In this document: positions 50,430 through 64,000 of the stretch, one piece after another
Layout: each line of letters begins with the position of its first letter
Position numbering within the stretch: position 1 is the stretch's first letter
Origin: Eledone cirrhosa
Taxonomy: Eukaryota
Length of the DNA: 64,000 bases
Assembly: GCA_964016885.1 (NCBI GenBank)
Contig: OZ024740.1
Span: 141,918,001 to 141,982,000 of the forward strand
Direction of reading: 5' to 3'
Translations under genes and position numbers: made by a program
Notes under the pieces: generated by a model
Database searches by the model: none
What the model was told of the DNA's origin: nothing
What the model saw: the letters and a program-made list of their open reading frames with translations, nothing else

Positions 50430-52305
50430 AAATTCTCACAACCCAATGATGTAGCTACGACGAATCGAGTAAAGGTCGTTACTAAACAGTCTAGCATTCG
50501 CAGGACTAGAGAGGCCACATGGAAATATATATTGCAGTCTGTACCTGCGACCTATCGCGGGAAGCGTGGGATGGAAGGACAAACTTACATATCCCAAAAC
50601 TCCAGAGAGGCTCTAGAAGGGGACAAACCTTAGCAATTGGTAACTGAAACGTTACAACCCTTACTAAATGAGCAGGAACTTGTGGAGGAGTCCAGATGCT
50701 ACCGGATAGATATAGTCGCGGTTTCCAAAACAAAGTTCTATGGCATTGGTAGATTTGGATGGAGGATAGAAACTCCACTTTTGAGGTGTGGTACCAGAAA
50801 AGATTGCATAGGAAAAAATGCGGATACTCACAAGCCCCCGGCTGTCAGAGTGTGTTATGGAGTGGATTTAATTGGGAGGGAGGATTTGCTTCCTGAAGCT
50901 TAAACTGAAAGAAAGTTCTCTGTCAGTGGTGAAAGTTTTTGCACCAATCAAAGAACCCGAATACAGATTCTTTATTGGCGAAGTTACTGCAGTGTTATAT
51001 GTAGTTAAGGCCGAGTCATATCCTAGTGGGAGACTTCAATGCACATGTTAGTACGGATTACCTGACATCGAATGGAGTGATTGGAAGAAACAGAAATCCT
51101 CAGTTAAATACTAGTGAAGAGGCCTTATTAGACTTCCGTTCTAGTAATGGCCTGTCTATTATTAACAACTTCTTCCAGCACAAAGACATCCGTAAATACA
51201 CATGGTATAAGGTGAATCGGGGACAGGGATCAATAATTGATTTTGTTATTGCTCCTGGTCTCTTCGATTCTGTGCTGGATGTTCGTGTCAAGAGATGGGC
51301 TTTGCTATCAACTGATAACCATCTAGTTACCTGCAATTTGCGACTACCTAAAGCCAAGAGAGCTCACAAAATTTGCATGCTGAGCTCTACCTACAGGATG
51401 AAGTGGGAAGCGCTGGCATATAAAGAAGTCAGGACCAAGTATGTGGAGCCTATTGCATCCAAATTCAGAGAACTCCTTGAGCAAACTGATGCCGTTGAAA
51501 AGGAGTGGAATCTGGTCGGCAGTTTCTGCTTTACAGCGAAGCAACTTTTTGAGAAATTGTGAGAGTATTGCTAAGAGGTGTATTCTTGTTTCGTAGACCT
51601 CGAAAAGGAATGTGTTCGCATTCCACGGGACCTGTTATGGTAGGTTCTGAATGAGTATGCAATCGATGGACAGCTTCTTGATGCCCTGATATCTCTATAC
51701 GAATGTCCTAGTACTTATGTTCGGATAAATGGTGCTAAGTCGAATCCATTCAATGTGGATGTCGGATTCCTCAAAGAATGCGTACTACCACCTCTCTTGT
51801 TTTTAATCTTCATTGGCAGGACTGACATGCGCAGCGAGGTTGGAAGGGGTATGGAAATTGGCGGGTGTAGGATCAACCGCATGGAATTTGCAGATGACAT
51901 AGTACGATGTAACCCTTCAGGTGATCTCGGATATTAGGTAGCGGCTCCATGTAAAGCTGCTACTATGTATTGAAAGATCACAGCTAGGGTATTACGGGCA
52001 TGTGGTTAAACTATCCAGGGAAAGAATCCCTAGACATCTTTTACAGGCAAAATCAACCGGCGAGGGACCCAGACGTAGACGTATGGATAACATCCATGAG
52101 TTTGTCTGGTCACATTTAAGGTTCCAGCCGGTTCAATTTGAGACGGTTGACTTTGACAGTATCCGCTAGAGGTGTGCTTGAGAAATCTCCACCAAGACCC
52201 TTCCATGAATAAGTGAACGAAGAAGAAGAAGAAGAAGAAGAAGAAGAAGAAGAAGAAGAAGAAGAAGAAGAAGAAGAAGAAGAAGAAGAAGAAGAAGAAG
52301 AAGAA
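50430..52305 (+). mobile_element. Decayed, internally deleted RTE-clade LINE with (GAA)n tail
   Basis: APE remnants GDFNAHV, LLDF..NGLSIINNFFQHK..KYTWY, IDF, STDNHLV. RT remnants CFVDLEK, CVLPPLLF, FADD. (GAA)n at 52219-52305. Confidence 0.82.
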
Positions 52306-52770
52306 TGTTTCTTTTTCGAAACGGTAAATATATCATTATATATTGACCGTTATATATTGACCGTTATGTCTCGCCACGCCCCCAACCTCTTCTCTACCCC
52401 CAGCCTATACTTCACTCCGTTTATCTACTGAGTAAGTAATTAAGAAAGTTAGTAAGTACTGCTGGTGAAATATCTTGGAGAAGATTCCGGAATGTTTCTA
52501 CGTTCAGTAATGTCCATTAATGGCTTTTTTTATAGACAATAGACCCCACAGACAAATCTGCACCGACAGAACATAGACAGAGGTGAGGGTAAAATAGAGA
52601 GATAAGTGTTTCTGAAATTCATAATAATGATTTCTTAATTGACACACAAGGCCAGCAATTTTAGGAGGAAAAGTAAGTTGATTATATCGACACCATTACT
52701 TGATAGGTACTTTATTTTATCGTGGCATGGGGAACGTTGTTATTATTATAACGGGTTTCGATTTATGTAA

Positions 52771-52959
52771 TAATTGTTTCTACTTTAGGCACAAGGACAG
52801 CAATTACCCAGTGCATTACTGGTACTTTATTTTTATCGACCCCGTAAGGATGAAAGGCAAAGTCAACCTCGGCGGGATTTGAACTCAGATCGTAAAGGGA
52901 CGTAACTATGCTGGAAAGCATGGCGTCCGACCCTCTACCGATACTGCCAATCCACCGCC
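52771..52959 (-). mobile_element. tRNA-derived SINE (family 1), full length
   Basis: Reverse-complement match to 8601-8785. Confidence 0.92.
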
Positions 52960-54686
52960 CTTTATGTAATAATTTATGTAATAATGATGATAGTGTAGAG
53001 TGTGTACTGTGCGAGTTGTATTGTTTTATTGCCTGATGACTGGAGGGTAGATGCGTTTTTTGCAGAGCCCCTATCTGGGATTTAGCACCCCTTGTCAAGC
53101 TGTACAATGTGCACCCCATTCTCCCAAATAAAATAATTTTGACTTACAGTTAGGTAAGTTAACGAACCTAGTTTTTGTAGCTACTTGCTCTGAGTACACT
53201 AAAAAAATTACATAACCTGTATTTTCGACTACACAAACCATACTCACCCATGTAAAATTCTCTGGCATGCTACAACACCACACGACCCTCTCTCCCGCTT
53301 CGTATATTTCCACAACATTGTTCCATGGGAAAGATATTTTGTGTAATATTTATTGCTTGCAGGAAATCATTATATATTTAATTTAACCTTTTAAGATTCA
53401 GTAATGTACTTTTATGAAGTGTGTGCCTTAAGCAGATGCCTTGTTGGCCTAATAGTAGCACCGGTCCAGTGCGTTATTTTTTATTCAGTGGTGATTGTAT
53501 TGAGTATGTACTATGAGAGCTAACTTGTTTTATCGAACGCTGACTGTGTATCTGCAGAGGGTATGTTGTTTATGTTGTACTGAAAGTATACCGTGTGAGT
53601 TGTGTTATTGAATTAAATGTGTCTTGCGTAGGATGTGCTCCATGTTTATCAGGCAACTAATTAGTTACATGTTAATTATATCAATATAATATAATCATCA
53701 CTTGTGATATAATGACATTACGTTTCCTCAATCCTTGTGGACCTTTCGAAAGATTCTTGTAGAATTCAGAATGACAGTTTTCTGCCAACTTCTCTGTCTG
53801 CGGCTCAAATCCAATTCATCCCAGTCTTTCAATAATAGTTTCCTTTATAAGGGAGTCTGTACATGGTCACAATATTTTCCTGCAACCAAACACAGTCAAA
53901 TTAGACGGGATAGACAAATCTGGAACGCCTTTGATCATAGGTCTCATCGATCAAAGCAAACTCGCGATTAAATTCAACAGCAGCCACACTGTATGTATAT
54001 ATGAACACGTAACGACGTGTCCTGAGAATTTAAACCTTGCGAAGCCCACCCCCTCATAAGATCTGTATACAGCTGATTCCTTCCAGACAAAGAGTTAGAG
54101 GGTGATAGAGATGATCTGAGAATGAAATATGTAGAAGGAATCGGCCCCAGTTTTCGACTAGTATTTCTTTATCGACCTAGAACAGATCAAATACTAAGTT
54201 GATCGTATCGGATTTTGATCTCAGAGCTCAGAGAGCTGGAACTAACACCGCAAAGCATTCTATCCGACGTATTAACGACTCCACAAATTCGCTGCCTCAG
54301 CAACCATATTAAACACACATTAAACCGAAGTAATATGGCTGCTCTATTAGCAATCATCGTATCCTTTATTCTACGTAAGATGCAAGCAAATCCTGCTTTC
54401 TCTTCCATGATCTCTTCCATGCAATTTTGGTTCAACTAACATTTTGAATGTAACATTTAACTCTTATCGTTGTTCTCTATAACCCGATACTACAGCTTCT
54501 CTTTACATTGTATACATTGATGTTTACACATGATACTTTAAGGTCAATTATTCTTTGCCATGAATCTAATTCTGAGCGGGAGAGGATTTGCTTGACAGGA
54601 TTTCTCTCATACATCTTTCAACCGACTTTACTATTATTTAACCACAGACTTCATGTGATAATTATCATCGCTTTCTTCTCCCTATC

Positions 54687-54747
<61 letters not shown>

Positions 54748-55330
54748 TCACACACATTGAATACAGGTATGTACATATGCTTAATTAAGGCTTATATATA
54801 CACATATATGCAAGTACATAGATATATACACCCACATAATACATACATTCATAATAGGTATATCTTTACTGTGTGCCATTATCTCTTCTTCTGTTCTATG
54901 ATAAGGTTGATTGGTGTTTGAAAAGAGGTAATTAATTTAAAGGCAATGTCATCCTCTCTGTATCATGCAATTAAGCACTCAGTCTTGCGCTGTTAACATC
55001 AGCCGTCCTGCCACTCTACGAAACATACGTAGCTTCACTGATTAATCACCTCGCATGTATCCTGTTTATCTCTGTTTACATGACAAGTTTCTGTTTTCCC
55101 GTTTCGAAGATGAGGAAAACCACAAATCAGTGTCGTACTCGATGGAGGTTTAGGTACAGAGTAGGTATGGATATAAGATATAATACCAACAGAAGGTCCC
55201 CTGGGAAGACCCAACCTGTTGACCAACCGAAACGGAGACGGCCCTCCGTTTGGATTATACTGTATATCTACATATATTTTATATCTAAATATGCATTGAG
55301 TACTGCTGTTGTGGTCTTCCACGACTCCGT

Positions 55331-55389
<59 letters not shown>

Positions 55390-55464
55390 CCACCCATCCA
55401 TCCATACATACATACATACATCCATACATACATACATACATACATACATACATACATACATACA

Positions 55465-56075
55465 TGGTGGCTGCCAACTCGTTTTCGAGTACGGCCACTA
55501 CTTTATATCCATGTAGGAGAACCCCTACCGATGCGCTGAACGTGTGTGACTTTTTAGTCCAGCCAACGACTTGAAAACTCTGGTACAAACACTGCACTTG
55601 TGACAATTATTGACACATAGTGCTGGGCCCATGATACCATGTGACGACAAGTGCAGAGAGATCTCCAGATATAAAGCAATGCCTGTGCCGTGAAGCTTTT
55701 ATAGTGAGCAAAGGCACTGCACAAAGCCAGTCCCACTCTCTTAACCAAGATGATATTTACCAAAAAGAAGAACAAGTCAACATCATTGGATACCATCAGG
55801 GTTGCAGGTGTTATATCAGAGTTTTCCTTCTCCTAGAATTCTGCCTTGACAAAGGCTACGGGGTCATCTCTCCCGGTGATTTTGGATGTCCATTGGCTCT
55901 TAAGAGCTCCTTTGCCCTTTGACAGGTTTTGTTTTTAGTCCTGCAGGATGTCCAAAGTCACCCTCCTCACCAAGAAACCTTGGTGGGGTTGCCAGTTTAG
56001 TCGCCAATGACCCGACCATGAGACAGGTTGTACTGGGATACATGTTACCAGTAGCACCAACTGGTGACCTGACAT
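55465..56075 (-). mobile_element. Longest (about 610 bp) copy of the unclassified repeat, between (CATA)n tracts
   Basis: Homology to 42095-42480 and 2560-2900. Confidence 0.65.
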
Positions 56076-56106
56076 GAATACATACATACATACATACATA
56101 CATACA

Positions 56107-56138
<32 letters not shown>

Positions 56139-59100
56139 CAGTCAACGCGATCAGTCGCATATTTTGGCGTGGGAGACTATTTATTAAATTTAAGATGAAT
56201 ACTATCTCCGACAGTAATGCCACAACTACAGTCATGTTGAATAAGTGGTTATTCTTCTAACTATATCTTCTGAAGACACTTTTTATTCGAATTCGTAGAG
56301 ATATCCGACTAAATACATAATTAATTTTACAAGGATTTGCTACAAACGGCATGGCTGAACACAACATCAACAAAATTAAGGAAATACCGAAGACAAATAA
56401 CAAGGAAGGTAAACAAACTTTATTCAGTTGTAGCTACAGAAGAAACTGAAATTATAAATCGCATTTCTCTTGGAGTTGCGAACTTAATGATGATTTATTT
56501 AATTGTTATAAAATGGCAAAAAACAATCTCTCCATTGGCTATATGAACAGAATGAAGCTACACTGGGACGAAATACATCCACAGCTAAATTATTTCACAG
56601 CGAAACAATTACGCCAACAACCGACGTTTGTTGAACGTAAAAATAAGATAAATATTATTAATTGTAAGTCCCTCACAACAAACATGTTATCAACAACACG
56701 TGCTACAGGTCGCCATGCTACTAGACTTCCTAGCAGCCAGGTCGAACAGCGACTTGAAACAACTATGCCTGTAAGAAACTTGACACCACCTGTACCATCT
56801 AAGTCTACCTCGAATGTTGGGGAAAACACTATCGATAATAATAATAATCGAAGAAATAATAATAATAATCGAAGAAATTTGACACCACGTGTACCATCCG
56901 AGTCTATCTCGACTATTGTGGAAAATACTATCGATAATGATAATCAAAAGTATAAACAATTGAAATTTTCCCTCAACGAAATCTTCCAGAGATAAATTAA
57001 CTCATGTATAAATATCTCTCTTGCTGAACGTATTAAAACGACAATGTTTAATAAAAACCAAATAATGAAATATTACGTGTTATTGACGAATTAGGGGATG
57101 AATATTTACGACGGATAAAAGCCCCAACATTTTCGCAAATCAACGCCTGTTTATATGCCTTAGAAACGACAGTGAAGCATTATCTTGGTGATAGCAGAGA
57201 TATTAACAAGAACAGAACACCACCAAAAATACCATCATATATAACTAAAATAGAAAAAAAGATTGCTGACCTACGAAAAAACATAGGATATGTGACAATG
57301 CTCCTTACTTGCAAACAAACGTAAAAAAACCTCACTCCTCACCAACAAAGAGTGAAAAATAAAATAGAGACGATGTTTGGTAACAGTAGAACCAGAACTC
57401 TCCAATATAAGCTGATCACCTTCAAACAAGAATTGAGAGCTGTTAGCGAAAAACGCCGATACCCGAAGAAGGTAGATGAGAGAAAAGTGATTAATAAAAC
57501 ATCAGTCTATAGAGATATGAAGGGCAAAATAATAAGTGTCACTGAGGCCCCATCCAAGAAAGACATAGATTCCTTTTGGAGCAAAATATGGGGTGAAAAG
57601 AAGAATTTCAACCAAGATGCAGTGTGGCTAAACGAAATCCAAAAGAACTATTGCCCCTACACTACAACAAAAACATACGAAATAAGTGAGGGTACCCTTG
57701 AGACTGTGATAGGAAAACCCCAAGATAAGAAAACACCAGGAAGAGACATGATTGTCGGCTACTGGTACAAAAAAACTGATATTCTATCAGAGGTATCTTA
57801 CCGACCTCTACCAACAAGTTCTTAAGGGACATACACTTATACCAGAATAGTTGACATTAGCACAAACATTACTGGTCCCCAGAATAAAGACACCCATCTG
57901 GCAAAAACCTACCGACCCATTGCATGCCAGAACCTGATGTATAAAATCTATACCGTCTTCCTGAACCTAAGATCACTGTGAAAATAATAACATCATCACA
58001 GATGAACAAGCAGCTGGAAAGAAAGGGGTTTGGGGATGTGCTGAACAACTCCTAATCAACAAAACTTCGATGTCGGAGGTGCGACAATTTAGGAGGAATA
58101 TGGCTACAGTCTGGCCGGACTACAGGAAAGCTTTCGATTCTGTTCCCCACTCTTGGATTTTAGAGGCCCTCCAACTTGCTAAAGTCCCAGACATTATTGT
58201 CAGAACCATAGAGAGGCTGTCTTCTTCTTGGGCTACTATCCTAAGGTTAAAGACAGAGAGGGAGGACTCTATTTTCACTGATAAAATTAAATATTGCAGG
58301 GTTATATTTCAGGGGAACAGTCTCTCTGTGATATTATTCATCTTCTCATTAAACCCCCTCTCCTTTCTGCTCAAGAAATGTGAGAGATACATCATTGGCT
58401 CACAGGAGGACAGAAATACGAACATAACCCATAATTTCTTTGTGGACGATTTGAAACTCTATGCCAAGAACATGGATGGGATGAAGAAAAATCTTGACCT
58501 GGTTACAACGTTCTCAAAGGATATAGGAATGGAGTTTGGCCAAGATAAATGGTCATACATGACGGTAAAGCGGGGAAAAACAACAACCCAATCTAGCAAC
58601 ATTGTCATCAATGGCCTAACTGTTTCACCGATATCTGATGAGGACTGCTACAGATACCTGGGGATAGATGAGAACATATCCTATGATGGTGTCTGTAATA
58701 AAGAACGCTACACCCGATTAAGAAAGATCTGGTCATCGGAACTCTCTGCGCAAAACAAAACAGTGGCTCACAATGTGTTTGCTGTGCCTGTCCTAACACC
58801 AACGTTTGGAATACTCAATTGGACGATAGACGAAATCCGAGCAGTTGATGTTGGAACTCGAAAAATACTAAACAACACCGGAAACTTCCACATCAACAGT
58901 GATATAGACTGCCTTTACTTGAAATGTAAGCAGGAAGGCAGAGGCCTAACATCAGTCCAGACAACATTTGAATGTCGCATCTCTCCGACAACATCTACGA
59001 ACCTCGAAGCGTAGGAGCCCGTTTCTCGAGCAAGTCTATCTGCATGAAACAGATAAGCTCATGAGAGTTGGGAAAGAACTCCTCGAGAGATATTCCCTGT

Positions 59101-60209
59101 GTGACAATCAAAACCGTACACCCAGGGATGTCGCTCATCAGTATCGTAGTGAATCCATGGATGAAAAACTGCATGCTTATCAGCAAAAAATCATGCATGG
59201 ATATGTTGCCAGGAAGCTCCAGAGTGAGAGTAATATAGATAAGGAAAGTAGTCTATCTTGGACCAACAACCGCTATATTGGCTCCCACTTTGAAGGATAC
59301 GCTTTTGCAATCCAGGAACAGGAGATTAGCACGAAATATCTGATTCACAAAAGAGATAGGGATGCAGGCAAAACACCTAGATGTGATAACAAGTGCATAC
59401 TCTGCAGAACTAACATCGAGGATATCACCCATGTCATCAGCAGCTGTCCAAAGATGTCATTGCGGTACTATCTACCTATGAGGCATGATGTAGTGACCAA
59501 AACACTGTACATTGCAGTTCATAAAAAAGATAGCCCCGATAATAAACACATTAAAAGCTACAGCAATGTGGAAGACAACCATGTACATAATATGAAAGAG
59601 TACTGGTGGAATATTCCAGTAAAAACCCCAATAAAATGCAGGCATAACAGACCAGATATTATGATATGGGACAGGGAGAAGAAAGCATGCACAGTAGTGG
59701 AAATTAGCTGCCCAGCAGATGCCAATATAATATCAAAGATTAGTGAAAAGGAGAATATTTATGCAGAACTGATGAGAAATCTGCACATACTCCACCCTGA
59801 TTACACCTTCAGATGTATGCCTGTGATTATTGGGGCACTGGGATATGTTAGTAACTGCCTCAATACAAATCTTGAGAAGCTAGGCTTCACAGGAACAGAA
59901 AGAACACAACTAGTTAGGAAATTACAAGTACAATCCATTAATGAAACAGTAAAAATATGTAAAACATTCCAAAAATTTTGCATCTAATAACTGCATATAC
60001 ACATGTACAGATGCAAAGCATATACACATGCACACATACAACTCAAAACATCCCCATCCACACTTACAATAACATCCATATCTACACATGCAGACATACA
60101 TACATATCTACCTAGTTGATGTATAAATTCCAATCAGAGAGTCTTGTGTCTATGTTAGAAACTGACTCTCGCTCTATTGGTAAAACTTTGTGAAATTATA
60201 AAACCAGAA
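56139..60209 (+). mobile_element. R4/Dong-like non-LTR retrotransposon with restriction-like endonuclease; near full length, frameshifted
   Basis: RT motifs YRPIAC, DYRKAFDSVPH, IFQGNSLS, FVDDLKL, YLG. Then CILC..EDITHVISSC, RHD, NRPD..VEISCP..EKENIY. (CATA)n on both flanks. Confidence 0.9.
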
Positions 60210-60649
60210 CATACATACATACATACATTTATATATATACAAGCGCGTGTGTGTGTGTCTATGCGAAAAGTAGAAACATATACCTGAATGATTATTTTTG
60301 TTTGTGTATATTCACGCACGTGTGTGTGTATTAATCTATTTTTTCCAACATGTATATTATTATATTGATTTCTTTAATCTTCTATCAAAGCATCAACTTA
60401 CATGTTGCTTACACATTGAAACATTTCTGTATTTGGGTATAGAAACTTAATTTTAAATGTAACTATATATATACGGAGCTTCACACACGCACACACATAC
60501 ATACACACATATACACATACAAACATACATACATATCGGCAGATAGAGAAACAGGCATGCATACATACACACACACACACGCATACTCACACATGTGTAT
60601 GTATAAGGTTGATGTACTAGTTCTAAATACCGATGATATAGAGTTTAAT

Positions 60650-60815
60650 AATTGTTTCTACTTTTGGCACAAGGCCAGCAAATACCCAGTACATTACTGG
60701 TACTTTATTTTATCGACCCCGTAAGGATGAAAGGTAAAGTTAACCTCGGCGGGATTTGAACTCAGACCATAAAGGGCTGTAACTCTTTGCTGCAAAGCAT
60801 CGCGTCCGACCCTCT
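60650..60815 (-). mobile_element. tRNA-derived SINE (family 1)
   Basis: Reverse-complement match to family 1. Confidence 0.88.
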
Positions 60816-61434
60816 AGAGTTTAATAATGTTCTTTACTATGGCTAAGCGATTAGTATCGTCATACTGAGGTTTCATCTGTGTACTCTCAGGACAAGATCC
60901 AGAGTAACAAAACTAATTACGCAGCCCTAAGAAAGAATATTACATACATACACACACATACATACATACATGCATACATACATATTGGACACCATGTGCG
61001 TCTCAGCTAGGGTTAGCTTTTTTATTCGTTTGGACAAGACCCGTTGATAAAGTGTTCCGGACCGTCCGATCTCTAGAAGTCTTATATATTTTTATATGGG
61101 CTGATAGGGGGCGGATTAAGGAATTGCAGAAACCCAAGAAGCTAGATTTACCATCTTTCTAGTGGGTCCGAGTAAGCTTTTTACATTCATATGATTTATT
61201 GATTTATTGATATTTTATCTGAGTGACCCGAATCTTCCTGGTCGTAATTTTTCGGCCGCATGGGTGATTTTAGACATAATCTTTGTGTTTTGGTATTTTA
61301 ACGATAGTTATAGCTCTGATTTATCTTAATTATTGAGCCCTCTGCCACTCATGTCGGATTTGTTTATCGTAAACTCGTGAGCCGATTTTCCGATACTCGA
61401 TTATTCTACTATATATATATATATGTAGAAACAA

Positions 61435-61854
61435 AGTAGAAACAAAGCAAACTGCCCATTAAAAGGGAATTGTCTTGTTAACAACATAGTCTATAAATGT
61501 AATGTTAAAACTAAAGATTCTATTTGCTCATATATAGGAGCTACCTCTAACAATTTTAAGACAAGGTTTAATACCCACAAGCATAGTTTTAAAAATGCCG
61601 CACTGGCTAATACAACATCTCTAGCGGAAAAAATCAATAGTTATAAAAATAAGAATATAGAATATGATTTGACCTGGAGTGTGCTCAAAAGAGCCACCCC
61701 TTATCAAAATAATAGAAATGAATGTAGATTATGTTCCCAAGAACTATTTGAAATAATGAAGTCTAAGGATATCTTATTAAATAAACGACAGGAATTAATT
61801 ATATCGTGTAATCATAAACTAAAAAAAACATTTAAATATTATAAACCTAATTAA
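61435..61854 (+). pseudogene. Open GIY-YIG endonuclease domain of a 5'-truncated Penelope-like element
   Basis: Uninterrupted frame RNKANCPLKGNC..NIVYKCNV..SYIGATSNNFKTRFNTHKHSF..TWSVLKRATPY..CRLCSQE..LLNKRQELIISCNH. No start codon and no RT; begins at a (TA)n tract. Confidence 0.85.
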
Positions 61855-62999
61855 TAACATTATTTTAGAAATTAATTTAATTTAAATGTTAGTTAACCTA
61901 TAAATTTAATTTAATTAAAATTTTATTACAGATGAGAATATAAAATATTATGTAATCATAAATTGTGAAAAACCTTTAAGTATTACTAATATATACTTAG
62001 TAATTTAATTTATAGATTAATTTTAATTTATTTAAACCTTTTATTATAATTCTTTTACAGATAAAATATAACAAAATAATATCGTGTATCCAATGACAGA
62101 GAAATAATTTTTAGTATTATAGACCTAATTAATATACATTTTAGAAATATATTTATAATTTGGTTTTAATTTTAATCAACCTAAAAATTTAATTTTAATT
62201 TGCTTAAAATTAGTATCCTTATACAGACGAATTGCAGAATGTCATGTAATCATAGAATGGGATGTGTTTTGGATATATACCTAGTTAATATATTCTATGC
62301 AATTTTTTGAAAAAGATATGTATATGTATATGTGTATGTGTATGTGTGTGTGTATGTATATGTGTATATATGTATATATATATATATGTGTATATATATG
62401 TATATATGTATGTGTATGTATATGTATATGTATATGTATTAATTTTGATTTCTATTTGCATATAATTATATTATGCTATTGATAAAATACAATATCTGCT
62501 TTATGTATTATATACCTAATTAACATATACTATAGAAATAAATATATAATTTTTAATTTAGTTAACCTATAATTTATATTCTACTACCGATGTAATACTT
62601 TATTTTATTTGTTTTTTCCCTATTACTAAATTCATTTCCTAATATTGATACCATAACGTTATTAACTTTAATTTAGTTATACTATAATTAATACTCTACT
62701 ACTATTTAACTTCAAAATTCTGCTTCAAACATTATAAACCTAACTAATTTACACCTTAGAAATCAATATGTTAACTATCTTTGGTTTAGTTAACATATAA
62801 TTAATGGTATACTTGTTTATTTTGAGATGCATAGATTTTGCCTTAGTTCTTGTTTGTTGTATTTCCTAACACTGAAACTATGTAAAAACATACATTGGAT
62901 AAAGATACGGAAAATATTCTATGTTTCTTGAAACATATATTTACTATGATCCCCTTCTCCAAACCCCCCCTTTCCCCCATACTATTATCATCTGTATTT

Positions 63000-63598
63000 G
63001 TAAGCGTGTATGTATGAATATATATGTAGGTAGGTGTCTATATAGGTTTGGGTATTTATATCTAAATGTAAAAATACATATATGCGCATGCAAATATGAA
63101 TGTAAGATTGTGTGTGTATATATGAGTATGTGTATGTATGTATATATGTGTATATATGCATGTATATATGTATGTGTATGTGAATGTGTGTATGTATATG
63201 TGTATGTATATATATATATATGTATATATATGTATATGTGTATATATAGGAATATATATATATATATATATGTATATGTATATGTGTGTGTATGTATGTG
63301 TGTGTATGTGTGTTGTATATATATGTATGTCTCTCTATTTATATGTCTATCTTAGTATCTATGTGATATATGTGTGTGTGTGTGCATGTATGCACATTTA
63401 TGTGTTTATGTGTATATATGTGTATGTGTGTATATATGTGTGTGTGCACACACATATATATGTGAGTGTGTATATGTGTCTGTGTATATGTATGTGTGTA
63501 TATATATATAGGTGTCTATGTGTGAATATATGTCTATATTCGTATGTGTGTATATATGTATGTATATGTTTATATGTATATATATATATATATGTATG

Positions 63599-63641
<43 letters not shown>

Positions 63642-63890
63642 TTTTATTATTATAATATAACTTATGTGTATGTGTGTATATGTGAGGTTGTGTATGTGTA
63701 TATAATATGTGTATATATAAGTGTAAAAAAATATATATATATGTGCATGTCTGTTTTTTATGTGTGTGTATATATATATATATATATATACGTGTGTATA
63801 TATATGTATATGTGGGTGTTTGTATGTGTATTTATGGTGGTATGAGTGTGTGGGTATCTATATATATATATATGTATGGATGTATGTGTG

Positions 63891-63948
<58 letters not shown>

Positions 63949-64000
63949 TATATATATCTCTATTAATGCGTGTATATATGTATATGCATATGCCTTTTTA
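63000..64000. repeat. Degenerate (TA)/(TG) low-complexity tract
   Basis: Seen directly; similar tracts occur throughout the window. Confidence 0.9.

Overview
Repeat-dominated, microsatellite-rich animal DNA. The SINE families and (TA)n/(CA)n density suggest a cephalopod such as Octopus (inference). No host gene can be called with confidence. The centre (about 20.8-37.3 kb, minus strand) is a head-to-tail array of three divergent L1/Tx1-clade LINEs (C, B, A), each junction being a (GATA)n tract. Two further Tx1 remnants lie on the plus strand (1-2.5 kb, ending in (TTA)n; 44.8-46.2 kb, 5'UTR and ORF1 only). Best candidate for an undescribed system: in A, B and C the ORF1 stop codon overlaps a consensus 5' splice donor (AG|GTAAGT or AG|GTAGGT). 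In A and B the ORF2 stop TAG doubles as a 3' acceptor followed by G-TGA or G-TAA. Splicing would remove the whole of ORF2 as an intron and rebuild the identical ORF1 end (Arg-stop). A and C also carry a 67-nt GT-AG intron-like segment in the 5'UTR, next to a hairpin whose structure is conserved in A, B and C. Also present: an R4/Dong-like RLE LINE in (TACA)n, a decayed RTE LINE, Penelope-like GIY-YIG fragments with hammerhead motifs (four inside a 1.85-kb inverted repeat), a non-autonomous Helitron, many tRNA-derived SINEs and several fold-back structures. All alignments were done by eye; nothing was computed or searched.
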